Shown: one piece after another, positions 54,055 through 63,341 of the stretch
Position numbering within the stretch: position 1 is the stretch's first letter
Layout of the letters: each line of letters opens with the position of its first letter
Assembly (NCBI GenBank): GCA_036677065.1
Contig: JAKFBS010000003.1
Span: 320,001 to 384,000, forward strand
Length of the DNA: 64,000 nucleotides
Direction: 5' to 3'
Origin: Bdellovibrio sp.
Lineage (GTDB): Bacteria > Bdellovibrionota > Bdellovibrionia > Bdellovibrionales > Bdellovibrionaceae
The notes under the pieces: model-generated
The model's database searches: none
What the model was told of the DNA's origin: nothing
The model's input: only the letters and a program-made list of their open reading frames with translations
Position numbers and translations under genes: made by a program

Positions 54055-55854
54055 ATGCAAACTGCCGCCGCCGACCGAAAATGGATGATCAAATCAGAAA
54101 ATAAAGTTCTGGGGCCCTATTCTTACGATCAAATCGAAGATTTACTTAAGAAAAAGCAGATTTCATTAATCGATGAAGTTCGCGATATGGATACACGCTG
54201 GATGTATATTCGTGAAGCTGAAGCTTTAAAAGCTATTGTTGATGAAATTCGTGAAGAATTAGCCAGAGTCGATGACCACACTAAAACTTATCAAACACGC
54301 ACGACTCAGGGTTTAACTAAAACAGGCACTGTTACGCAAGAACTTTTGGCTGAAAACACCAAGTTTGAAATGCCCACTTTTACTAATGTCACTGTTGAAG
54401 ATGCCGAATTCACAGAAGAAGAAACAACTCAAGCTCCGGCAACAGCGACAGCAACAGCAACAGCCGTGGCTCCTGTTAAGCCGCAACTTGTTCCAGAGAA
54501 AAATAAAGTTAAAGCCCCACCACAATATGTTTCATCTGCAGATCCAGTGGTGCATTCACAAATTCGCGAACGTTCTAAATTAACTTTAATGGTTTTAATC
54601 TCTATTTTATTAGGGGTTATTGTTATCGCCGGTGGTTCACAGTTTTATCAAAACAAAGAAAAGAAAAAACAAGAGCAGCAATCTATCACTTCGATTCGTA
54701 AATACAGTTTGTATGGCTTAGAATCTAAAGTGGTCGAGATTTTTGGCAATATGAGCCCTGAATTACAGCGTCAAATTTTGCCAGAGATTATTCCGATGAT
54801 TCCGAAATTAGATTCAGTTGGTTATATTAATGGTTCACAAACCATTAATAACTTAAAATCTAATCCTGGCGTTAACGATCAACGTAAAGCTTTGTTGGAT
54901 ATCGTTCAATTTATTCAGTCACTTCAGGATCAAGACCTTAAAAAAGCCCGTGAATCTTTAATTCGCGCCAAAGATCTTGATCCAAGCAGCGAATTGATCA
55001 AAGAAAACGATGCTATTTTAAGTTTTTATGAAGGCAAATTCGATAATGCGACAAAAACTTTTTCTGAACTGTTTCAAACAGCAAAAAAAGGCCGCTGGTT
55101 ATTCGGTTGGGCTGTCAGTGAATTATCAAGACCAACGTCAAATTCTGAAGTAGAAAGTTTACTAAATCATGAGATCACGATGTACACAGATACGCATATT
55201 GATTTCAAAAAAGAACTTTTACTGATTAACATGCTTTTAGATAAACGCACCAACCGCGAAGAAAGATTTAATAGCGATTACAAAAGTTTCACAGCGATGC
55301 CATTGAATTTTCGCCAAAAGTTTCAAATTCCATTGTCTGTATTTAGCGGAATTTATTCAATGTTTACCTTGCGGCCGACTTTTGAAAAATTAAAACCATT
55401 TTTAGCGGCGACACCAAAAATGGTGATAGAAACTCACATTAAACTAGAGCTCGGCGAGATTTCTGCAGCTCAAACCTTGTATGCAAATTATAACACGCTG
55501 ATTGAAGACCCGGCAGAGCGTGCGAATTTGCGCCTGCAGCTAGATTTTGCATTAAAGGATTACTCAGCGGTTATTGCCCAGGAAAAAACCTTAGATATTT
55601 CTAAGTTAAATACAGCAAGCCATTACGTTTTATTATTAGCTAAACAAAGATCAAAAGATTCGTCAGCAACCTTAATTGATGACGGTGTCACAAAACATGT
55701 TAACTATTTGCGAACTGAAAATAATGTTTTAGGTTTGTGGTCGCAGCTATTGGTTATTCAGGAACCTGCTAAAAAAGTATCTTTTGTTCAGGCTAACTCT
55801 GGCGCAGGAGAAGACTTTATTCCATTCTTAGAGATTAAGGGATCTGGCGAGTGA
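54055..55854 (+). CDS. Bitopic membrane protein: GYF_2-like N-terminus, TM helix, TPR-like helical domain
   Basis: WMIKSENKVLGPYS…I, acidic/Thr linker, TM near residue 176-194, and ARESLIRAKDLDP. Confidence 0.6.
   Translation: MQTAAADRKWMIKSENKVLGPYSYDQIEDLLKKKQISLIDEVRDMDTRWMYIREAEALKAIVDEIREELARVDDHTKTYQTRTTQGLTKTGTVTQELLAENTKFEMPTFTNVTVEDAEFTEEETTQAPATATATATAVAPVKPQLVPEKNKVKAPPQYVSSADPVVHSQIRERSKLTLMVLISILLGVIVIAGGSQFYQNKEKKKQEQQSITSIRKYSLYGLESKVVEIFGNMSPELQRQILPEIIPMIPKLDSVGYINGSQTINNLKSNPGVNDQRKALLDIVQFIQSLQDQDLKKARESLIRAKDLDPSSELIKENDAILSFYEGKFDNATKTFSELFQTAKKGRWLFGWAVSELSRPTSNSEVESLLNHEITMYTDTHIDFKKELLLINMLLDKRTNREERFNSDYKSFTAMPLNFRQKFQIPLSVFSGIYSMFTLRPTFEKLKPFLAATPKMVIETHIKLELGEISAAQTLYANYNTLIEDPAERANLRLQLDFALKDYSAVIAQEKTLDISKLNTASHYVLLLAKQRSKDSSATLIDDGVTKHVNYLRTENNVLGLWSQLLVIQEPAKKVSFVQANSGAGEDFIPFLEIKGSGE
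54439..54462 (+). repeat. Four-copy 6-bp tandem repeat (GCRACA) encoding ATATATAT
   Basis: gcaaca gcgaca gcaaca gcaaca in the linker of the 54055 gene. Confidence 0.7.
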
Positions 55855-56498
55855 AAATTTTAATCGCTCTTGCGGGTTTGATTGTTATGTTATCAGCTTG
55901 TGAGAAGGCCATAGAATCAAAGCCTAAAATTATTACGAATAATTCACTGGCCAACGACTTCAAAGTGCCTGAAGCGATCTTTACCGCAATTAAAAAGAAT
56001 TTAGGTGAAGGCCTCACCATAGAGCCTGAATACATTTTTACTGATTTAGAAGTAGAAGTGCATACCGATCAGAAATCAGTGTTAAGTTATTCCAGATTAT
56101 TATTCAAATTGCCTAATGGTGGTGGTGCTATTGATTTAAAAGACTATGTCACCGGTGAAGGCAGTTTTTATTTACGTTTTCCGCCCGAGCAGTTTGAAGC
56201 TAAACCAGAATTAGCTTTCTTGTTTTACATCAGTGATTCGCCCAAAGTGAAAATCCATGATGAAGAATATGGCTTAGGCTGTGGTCAATGGGCGGATTTG
56301 AAGCCTAAATTCAGTAAACTTCAGGATAAAACCTTTTTAAAGTTGAATTCGATCAATCACACTTATGCGCATGTGCTCTCGGGACAGTATATATTTGTGT
56401 TTAAAAAGGGAATTCAATATTATCTGACGCATTTAAATCTATTCGATTCGCGTTACAGCGATAAGATGTGTTCAACGATCTTTACGATTGAGAAGTAA
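55851..56498 (+). CDS. Hypothetical lipoprotein
   Basis: Lipobox MLSA-C; GTGA overlap with the upstream gene. Confidence 0.75.
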   Translation: MKILIALAGLIVMLSACEKAIESKPKIITNNSLANDFKVPEAIFTAIKKNLGEGLTIEPEYIFTDLEVEVHTDQKSVLSYSRLLFKLPNGGGAIDLKDYVTGEGSFYLRFPPEQFEAKPELAFLFYISDSPKVKIHDEEYGLGCGQWADLKPKFSKLQDKTFLKLNSINHTYAHVLSGQYIFVFKKGIQYYLTHLNLFDSRYSDKMCSTIFTIEK

Positions 56499-56500
56499 TT

Positions 56501-57481
56501 ATGACGACACCGATTAAAAATTTAAATGATAAAGACCCGGTTCAAGACCGTATTTTTTTAGTTAAAGATAAAATCTTAGGTGTTGGAAAAACCGGAAAAA
56601 CTTTTTTAACAGTTTTAATTGGTGACCAGTCCGGTCAGCTTGATGGCCGAATCTGGGATAATATCGAAGAAGTCAGCACCAGGTTTGAAATCGGTGATTT
56701 AATCAAAATCAAGGGTGTGATTCAGATTTATAATCAGCGTAAACAGTTGATCGTGCACCGGCTAGAAAAAGTCGAAGATGCGACAATTAATAAAGATGAT
56801 TATAAAATCAAAGAGCGCCACCTTGATACTCATGCTCTGTATTCTGAACTTTATCAGATGGTGCAAGACATCGAAATCCAGCCGCTGAAGCAGTTGATGC
56901 TTGATTGCATACAGGACGAAGAAATTAAGCCGCGTTTATTAAAAGCACCTGCGGCAAAGACCATTCATCATGCTCATCGTGGCGGATTGATCGAACATAT
57001 TGTCTCGATTTGTAAAGTGATGCAGTTTATGGCGTCACATTATAATTATTTAAATAAAGATCTTTTAATTTTCGGGGCTATATTTCACGATTTAGGTAAA
57101 ATCTGGGAGCTCGATCAAACCGAGCAACAACAAATCTATTACACTAATCAAGGCCAAATGCTTGGGCATATGTTGTTAGCCTGTGAATTAGTTGAAAAAA
57201 AATCACAAAGAATTCTGGGTTTTCCTGAAGATCTGCGTACAGTTTTAAAACATATTATTTTAGCTCATCACGGTAAACTTGAATACGGTTCACCGAAAGT
57301 GCCGATGTTTCCCGAAGCCCTTGTTGTTGCCATGATTGATGACATGGACTCTAAAATGGACACGATGATGTCTTTTATCAACCAAGAACGACAAAGTGGT
57401 GAATCATGGTCACGCTACAATGAAAACTTTGAGCGTTATTTTTTATTGGATGATTTAAAAACGAAATGGAATTCAAAGTGA
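56501..57481 (+). CDS. yhaM: 3'-5' exoribonuclease YhaM family (OB plus HD)
   Basis: [13 protein letters not shown] fold; [21 protein letters not shown] and [11 protein letters not shown]. Confidence 0.9.
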   Translation: MTTPIKNLNDKDPVQDRIFLVKDKILGVGKTGKTFLTVLIGDQSGQLDGRIWDNIEEVSTRFEIGDLIKIKGVIQIYNQRKQLIVHRLEKVEDATINKDDYKIKERHLDTHALYSELYQMVQDIEIQPLKQLMLDCIQDEEIKPRLLKAPAAKTIHHAHRGGLIEHIVSICKVMQFMASHYNYLNKDLLIFGAIFHDLGKIWELDQTEQQQIYYTNQGQMLGHMLLACELVEKKSQRILGFPEDLRTVLKHIILAHHGKLEYGSPKVPMFPEALVVAMIDDMDSKMDTMMSFINQERQSGESWSRYNENFERYFLLDDLKTKWNSK

Positions 57482-57975
57482 TTACTTTTCTTCGCGCTTA
57501 TAAGAGTTACGACCCTGCCGCTAAATCGATGTTAGAGATTTTTTTATTATATCCAGGTCCACGTGCGATCTTTTTTCATCGTATTGCGCACGGCCTTTAC
57601 CAATGCCGGTTATTTTTTATTGCACGCCTTGTGGCAGATATCTCGCGCACCTTAACTGGAATCGAAATTCATCCCGGAGCAAAACTGGGAAAACGTTTAG
57701 TGATCGATCACGGCGTAGGCTGTGTGATTGGTGAAACGGCAGAAGTCGGCGATGACTGCGTGATTTTTCACGGCGTTACCCTGGGCGGAATGAAGTTCGA
57801 ACCGGTTAAGCGGCATCCGACCGTGGGAAATAACGTTCTTATCGGAACGGGAGCTAAGATTTTAGGTCCTATTCTGATTGGCGATAACACAAAAATCGGT
57901 GCCAATGCCGTAGTGATTAAAGACGTGCCGCAAAATTCTGTGATCGTGGCTCCGCAATCAGTGATTTTAAAATAA
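57466..57975 (+). CDS. cysE: Serine O-acetyltransferase (short form)
   Basis: DPAA…[29 protein letters not shown] and KRHPT. Confidence 0.92.
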   Translation: MEFKVITFLRAYKSYDPAAKSMLEIFLLYPGPRAIFFHRIAHGLYQCRLFFIARLVADISRTLTGIEIHPGAKLGKRLVIDHGVGCVIGETAEVGDDCVIFHGVTLGGMKFEPVKRHPTVGNNVLIGTGAKILGPILIGDNTKIGANAVVIKDVPQNSVIVAPQSVILK

Positions 57976-58422
57976 AGAAATCAGATAAACCGTTAAACGG
58001 TACAAGCCATAAAAACACGCGACGATAAAAGCTAAATACGTACCTAAGATCGCAAGATTGGCAACGATCGAACGTTTAACTGTGCTTTTAGGATTTTCAA
58101 GATAGTTATTTAAAATTTTATAATTTTTGGCATTGGCTTTCCAAAAAACATCGGCCAAGTTGCCAAACACCGGAATAGCCGTAATTAACATATCGACGCT
58201 GATGTTTAACAGCATACGAAATAAAACAATCGCCGATACGCCATGAAATGCCGAATAGCCTACAGTAAATAATGAAATAAATGTCGTGGTTAAATTACCC
58301 CAAAATGGCAATAGACCTAATATAAAATCTAAACCAAAACTGATTCCAAAAAATTCGTACTTATTATCCATAAGCACGCTGATTTTATATAATAAAGGAT
58401 GTTTTTCTTTAAGTGTCTTCAT
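57967..58422 (-). CDS. DUF4112-family membrane protein
   Basis: LMD…FGLD.ILGLLP..G…RMLLN…D…IPVFGNL.DV.WKAN.KN. Confidence 0.85.
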   Translation of the reverse strand: MKTLKEKHPLLYKISVLMDNKYEFFGISFGLDFILGLLPFWGNLTTTFISLFTVGYSAFHGVSAIVLFRMLLNISVDMLITAIPVFGNLADVFWKANAKNYKILNNYLENPKSTVKRSIVANLAILGTYLAFIVACFYGLYRLTVYLISLF

Positions 58423-58430
58423 AATTCACC

Positions 58431-60872
58431 TTATATTGAGGGGTCTTCGGGCCAGTCATGTTTAGGGTATCTGGCGCGCAGATCTTTACGAACATCAGTG
58501 TAGCTGCTTTTCCAGAAAAGCCCCAGTTGACTGGTAATCTGAGCAGGTCGCATGTTTGGTGCCAATAATTCTAAAGTCAGCGTAAATTTACCATGGCAGA
58601 TTTTGGGAGTATCTTTCCATCCGAAGGCATCTTGAATCTTAAGCGAGATCATAGGTGCTTTATCATCGGTGTAATTCACATCGTGGCTGCGCCCACGGTT
58701 GGATTTAACACTATCAGGCAGATTTTGTAAAAGATCGCTTAAAGCATCGTTTAAGACCTGATAACTTAAATAAAATAGGTCACAGTTTTTATAATCTTCG
58801 AAATTGTCATAACCTTCTAGAATGTAGTCGGTTATTAAAGTTTCAAAATTTTCAATCTGCTGTTTGCTTTCATCACTTAATGTTGAATCTTTGCGGTTAA
58901 GAAAGTTTAAGCGATCTTTAATTTTTTCATAATTGGGGTGAATCTTTAAAAAATCCAGAGGAGTTTTTTTAAAAAAAGCTTGCCAGTTTTTTTGTAATTC
59001 ATCTTTACTCAAACGCGATTTGCCATAGTCATTTAAAACAAAAGTTTCAAATTTTAACTGTTCAGTTTTAAAAAACTCATTTTTTTCGAAATCATAATGA
59101 ACTTCGCTTTGTTTTTTGGCCAGCGGTGCAAAAATTTCTTGCGCCAGTTTTTTATCAAAACCCAAAGCACAAACCACTTGGGTAAACTGCGAATGATTTT
59201 CGCGGCCAGCCAGGGCAATAAAAAAATCAGAACTTGCCGCTTGAGAGCCTGCATTCACCTGAAGACCTCGACCGAACATCGAGACTGCATTGGTTTTATT
59301 TTTAACAAAGGCCACTTTTTCAGGAAAAAACGCCGCATAAATCTGAATAAGCGTATTTTCGAAAGAATCAGATTGAGCTTTTTTGCCAGTCACTTTGCAG
59401 CTTGCCAAAATTTGCTGGTAAATGCGCTCACTAGAAAAATCCAAAGACCCGCTATCAATGATCTTAGCCACATCAGAACCATTAAAATTCTTATTTTTCT
59501 CTAAAACAGATTCAACACTGCCAGATTCTAATACGGCAATAAGTTTTGCCGATTCTTTTTCGAAACCATGTTGGCTCAATTCATAATGCAGAATTGAGTT
59601 TTCAACCGAGAGCGGCCATTTAGAAACTAAACCAGCTAGGGGAGTTAATGCCGATTTCTCAGTGATTAAATTCCATTTTAATAATTTCTGACGGGCTTGT
59701 TTGATGGCAAATGACGAAGGTTTTGTTAACCACGAAAAAGATTCTAAATCTAAAACCTCTTGTTGGTGTAATACTAATGATTCTTCTAACAATGAGGTTT
59801 TTAAAATCTCGGGTTCAATTTGTTCTTTCATCGACATTTCATCTGTGCCATGCCAAAGCTTAAAACAATAACCTTGCTGTTCACGGGCAGCACGGCCAGC
59901 GCGCTGTTTTGCAGAAAAGAGTGAAATACGCTGTAAGTCTAAGCCTGAAAATCCTACTTTGTTTTCAAGATATGATTTTTTCTCTAAGCCAGAATCAATC
60001 ACGCAATCCAAGCCAGAAACGGTGATCGAAGATTCTGCAACGTTCGTACTTAAAATTATTCGTCTTCCTAGGCCTGTGTCATTGCGAACAATTTGTTTTT
60101 GCTCGCTCAAGCTTAACGAGCCATGTAAGATTTCGATGCGATTTTGTGTGAATAACGGCTGAATAATATTTCTAAAGCGATTAATTTCACGCTGCCCAGG
60201 TAAGAACACCAAAATATCTTTATGCGCTGTTTTCCAGGCTTTTAAAAGGGTGTCTTTTAAATGATTAAAAAACAAATCATCACAAATGAGTTTTTGATTT
60301 TTATCAGAATAAATTATTTCAAGCTTGTGTGGCGGGGCCTCAACAGTGATTGTTTCGCTATCGCCTAAAAAGTTTTGCAGCTGCTGCACGTTTAAGGTTG
60401 CAGACATCACTAATAATTGCAGTTTGCGGCCTAAAACCTTTTGCTCAAACCCTAAACCCAGGATCATATCGATTGAACTAGAGCGTTCATGAAACTCATC
60501 AATAATTAACGTGTGAATTTCATCCCAAAAACCAGGGGATTGAATGCGTTTTAAAAACAAACCCTCAGTCATAAAAATCAGTTGAGTTTTATTTGAAGCT
60601 TTATTTTCAAAGCGTACTTGATAACCGACGTCTTCACCTAATATCCAGTTATTCTCTGAAGCAATACGATCAGCAGCTGATAGTGCTGAAACTCGCTTTG
60701 GAACAATGACGATAATTTTCTGTGAAGTTTGGCCTTTGATCGCCTTTAATAAATGCGCGGGTACACGAGTCGTTTTACCAGATCCGGGACTGGCCATTAA
60801 AATCACCGGTTTTTCACCAGTGATTTTTTTAACGATACCATCCAAGTGAGGATCAATTGGAAGAGATTGCAC
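58431..60872 (-). CDS. hrpB: ATP-dependent RNA helicase HrpB
   Basis: LPID, PGSGKTT, DEFHER, MSAT, TNVAESSIT and QRAGRAAR; C-terminal ELLAPN.RP.QIT..L..FW…Y…RYPKHDWPEDP. Confidence 0.93.
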   Translation of the reverse strand: MQSLPIDPHLDGIVKKITGEKPVILMASPGSGKTTRVPAHLLKAIKGQTSQKIIVIVPKRVSALSAADRIASENNWILGEDVGYQVRFENKASNKTQLIFMTEGLFLKRIQSPGFWDEIHTLIIDEFHERSSSIDMILGLGFEQKVLGRKLQLLVMSATLNVQQLQNFLGDSETITVEAPPHKLEIIYSDKNQKLICDDLFFNHLKDTLLKAWKTAHKDILVFLPGQREINRFRNIIQPLFTQNRIEILHGSLSLSEQKQIVRNDTGLGRRIILSTNVAESSITVSGLDCVIDSGLEKKSYLENKVGFSGLDLQRISLFSAKQRAGRAAREQQGYCFKLWHGTDEMSMKEQIEPEILKTSLLEESLVLHQQEVLDLESFSWLTKPSSFAIKQARQKLLKWNLITEKSALTPLAGLVSKWPLSVENSILHYELSQHGFEKESAKLIAVLESGSVESVLEKNKNFNGSDVAKIIDSGSLDFSSERIYQQILASCKVTGKKAQSDSFENTLIQIYAAFFPEKVAFVKNKTNAVSMFGRGLQVNAGSQAASSDFFIALAGRENHSQFTQVVCALGFDKKLAQEIFAPLAKKQSEVHYDFEKNEFFKTEQLKFETFVLNDYGKSRLSKDELQKNWQAFFKKTPLDFLKIHPNYEKIKDRLNFLNRKDSTLSDESKQQIENFETLITDYILEGYDNFEDYKNCDLFYLSYQVLNDALSDLLQNLPDSVKSNRGRSHDVNYTDDKAPMISLKIQDAFGWKDTPKICHGKFTLTLELLAPNMRPAQITSQLGLFWKSSYTDVRKDLRARYPKHDWPEDPSI

Positions 60873-61537
60873 TAAACTTTCTCGTTAGGATAAATCAGCA
60901 ACATAAATTCAGCCTTATCACGGTCTAAATTCTGAATGATATGATTAGGTGTGCCTTCTAAAACCAATTCGTCTTCTTGCGATAAATTTAAAGCTAAAAG
61001 CGCTTGGCGGCCAACAAAGTGACGATTTAATTCATCAACAGTTTTTTTCAAACGATAAGGCGTATCCATAATAACGATAGCTCTTTTTTCGTTTTTTAAT
61101 TTCTGCCATTCTTTATCACGCGATTCAGATTCAGCCGGTAAAAACCCGCGAAACACGAACTCATTCATGCGACGTGAAGTTAAAGATAATAATCCCATTA
61201 AAGACGATGGTCCCAGAACAGATTTTACTTTAACGCTCGCACGACGGCAAAAACCGATCAGATCATTTCCCGGATCACAAAACCCCGGTGTGCCGCAGTC
61301 AGAAACTAAGGCTACTGTTTGGGTTTTGCACAGTTCAGTTAACATTTTCAGATCTTCCATCGTCGAATGTTCATTTAATAGTTCGTATCTTTTGGCTTTG
61401 ATATCCAATTGTTTTAATAATTTCGAAGTTTCTTTTGTCGATTCACATAAAATGATATCAGCAGATTTTAAAATCTCTATAGCACGTAATGTAATTTCAG
61501 AAACATCACCAATAGGGGTTGCGACTAAATACAACAT
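60872..61537 (-). CDS. rsmI: 16S rRNA C1402 2'-O-methyltransferase
   Basis: LYLVATPIG…IT.RA, LVSDCGTPGFCDPG and F.GFLP. Confidence 0.88.
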   Translation of the reverse strand: MLYLVATPIGDVSEITLRAIEILKSADIILCESTKETSKLLKQLDIKAKRYELLNEHSTMEDLKMLTELCKTQTVALVSDCGTPGFCDPGNDLIGFCRRASVKVKSVLGPSSLMGLLSLTSRRMNEFVFRGFLPAESESRDKEWQKLKNEKRAIVIMDTPYRLKKTVDELNRHFVGRQALLALNLSQEDELVLEGTPNHIIQNLDRDKAEFMLLIYPNEKV

Positions 61538-62283
61538 TAGTTTTCCTCTTCAGTGTAAAAATTTGAAACTTTTAATACCGGTACATTCACTTCTTCTTGG
61601 CGCGAGTGGGTTGTGTCTAAATGAACGATGTGAATATCAGGTCTGACTTTACCTAATAAATTGATATTCACCGGTTCGTTTTCGAAAAAATAAATCGGAG
61701 CCGTGTCAGACGGGTATTGCTCTAACGAAAACCGTTCAATCACCCAGTCGACTTTAAATTGATGATCATCCATCGAACGATGCGGTTTTAAATGCAGATT
61801 TTTTTCTTCAACGGGAAAGCCCCATTTTTTCAGAACTTCCATGGTGCCAATGCCCATACGAGCCACGTCACGGCCAGTTAAATAATGAATTTCGCAACCT
61901 GTTGTATGTAACTGTTGAACATACGGAACAGCCCCGCGGTAAGGAATATCAAAATGTAAATATTCATTCGTGAAAAAGCGATCGACCCAAAAATCACGCA
62001 GCGTTTGGTGCAGTTCTGGGTTTTCATCAAATTTATAGCCCGCACGAACCAAAGATTCTTTCAGTCCCCAGTCAGTGTGTAAAATCTCTACTTTTTTAAG
62101 CTCTGGTTTATGCAGCTCCGCAAACTCGTGCAGGATGCGTTGAGTGCGTGGGCTTACATTGAATAATGTTGAATCGAGGTCAAAAACACACACGGTGCGC
62201 GGTTTTTCAGCAGCAATTGTCAGGATTGATTTAAGACTTTGCTTCAAAGTCTGTTTAAGGCCAGGTGCTTGAGGTTGATTCAT
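61537..62283 (-). CDS. HAD-superfamily hydrolase
   Basis: VFDLDSTL, YLTGR, and K…FFENEP.N. Confidence 0.8.
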   Translation of the reverse strand: MNQPQAPGLKQTLKQSLKSILTIAAEKPRTVCVFDLDSTLFNVSPRTQRILHEFAELHKPELKKVEILHTDWGLKESLVRAGYKFDENPELHQTLRDFWVDRFFTNEYLHFDIPYRGAVPYVQQLHTTGCEIHYLTGRDVARMGIGTMEVLKKWGFPVEEKNLHLKPHRSMDDHQFKVDWVIERFSLEQYPSDTAPIYFFENEPVNINLLGKVRPDIHIVHLDTTHSRQEEVNVPVLKVSNFYTEEEN

Positions 62284-62289
62284 GAAACT

Positions 62290-62318
62290 AACCTAACGAA
62301 GGATGCCTAAATAGGCAA
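62290..62318 (-). promoter_or_regulatory. Sigma70-type promoter, probably leaderless, overlapped by a palindrome
   Basis: Minus strand TTGCCT-N17-TAGGTT-N6-ATG(62283); TGCCTA-AA-TAGGCA at 62304-62317. Confidence 0.6.
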
Positions 62319-62390
62319 TGTAAGTGTTGGCAAACACCAATTTTTTTTGGTACGGTTTGCGAGCCTAAAAAAAGCAATAACAGGAGACTT

Positions 62391-63317
62391 ATGAAAAACT
62401 TTTTAAGCGTTATCGTAACTGCAATCGTTGGTTTAACAATCGTTGGTTGTACAAAAAACAAAGCTGAACTTGGTACAGCTGAAAACCCAATTAAACTTCA
62501 CTTTGTTCCTTCCGTGGATGCTAAAGTGATCGAAGATAACTCTAAAAAATTTAAAGAGTACTTAGAAGCAAATACTCCTTACAAATACGAAGTTACAATC
62601 CCGCAATCATACGTTGCTGTTGTTGAAGCTTTCGGAACTAAACGTGCTGACGTTTCTGCGATCAACACTTTCGGTTACATTTTAGCAAACAACAAATACG
62701 GTGCAGAAGCTAAAATCACTGTATTACGTCACGGTGCTTCGACTTACCAATCTATGTTTGTGGCTAAAGCAGACGGTCCAATCAAAAAATTAGAAGACCT
62801 TGCCGGCAAAAAAGTAGCTTTCGTTGATCCTTCTTCGGCGTCTGGTTACATTCTTCCTGTTAAATCTTTAAAAGATAAAAAAATCGAAACTAAAGAAACA
62901 GTTTTCGCGCAAAAGCACGACAACGTAATTTCTATGGTTTACCAAGGCCAAGTTGATGCAGGCGCTGCGTTCTACTCGCCACCTTCTACAAACGCTTCTG
63001 GTACTGCAGAAATCGAAGACGCTCGTCGTTTAGTTAAAACTCAATACCCAGATGTAGAGAAAAAAATCGCGATTATCGATTTATCTCAACACATCCCGAA
63101 CGATCCAATCATCTTCAGAAAAGATATGCCTGAAGACATGAAAAATAAAATCGTTGATGCTTTCATCGCTTTCGTTTCTACTGAAGACGGTAAAGCAGCG
63201 TTTAAGGCAATCTACGGTGTAACTGAGTTGAAAAAAGCAACTGATGCAGATTACGACGGTGTTCGTGATATGTTAAAAACAGTTGGCGTTAATCCAGACG
63301 ATTTAATGAAAAAATAG
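62391..63317 (+). CDS. phnD: Phosphate/phosphite/phosphonate ABC transporter substrate-binding lipoprotein
   Basis: AGGAG SD, lipobox IVG-C, AFVDPSSASGY, HD.V…GQVDAG and IPND. Confidence 0.88.
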   Translation: MKNFLSVIVTAIVGLTIVGCTKNKAELGTAENPIKLHFVPSVDAKVIEDNSKKFKEYLEANTPYKYEVTIPQSYVAVVEAFGTKRADVSAINTFGYILANNKYGAEAKITVLRHGASTYQSMFVAKADGPIKKLEDLAGKKVAFVDPSSASGYILPVKSLKDKKIETKETVFAQKHDNVISMVYQGQVDAGAAFYSPPSTNASGTAEIEDARRLVKTQYPDVEKKIAIIDLSQHIPNDPIIFRKDMPEDMKNKIVDAFIAFVSTEDGKAAFKAIYGVTELKKATDADYDGVRDMLKTVGVNPDDLMKK

Positions 63318-63341
63318 TTTAAGAAAATAAGTAGGACGACT

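Noticed and set aside
54439..54462. Hexamer repeat as a phase-variation site
   Set aside because: Only four imperfect in-frame copies; slippage would only change linker length.
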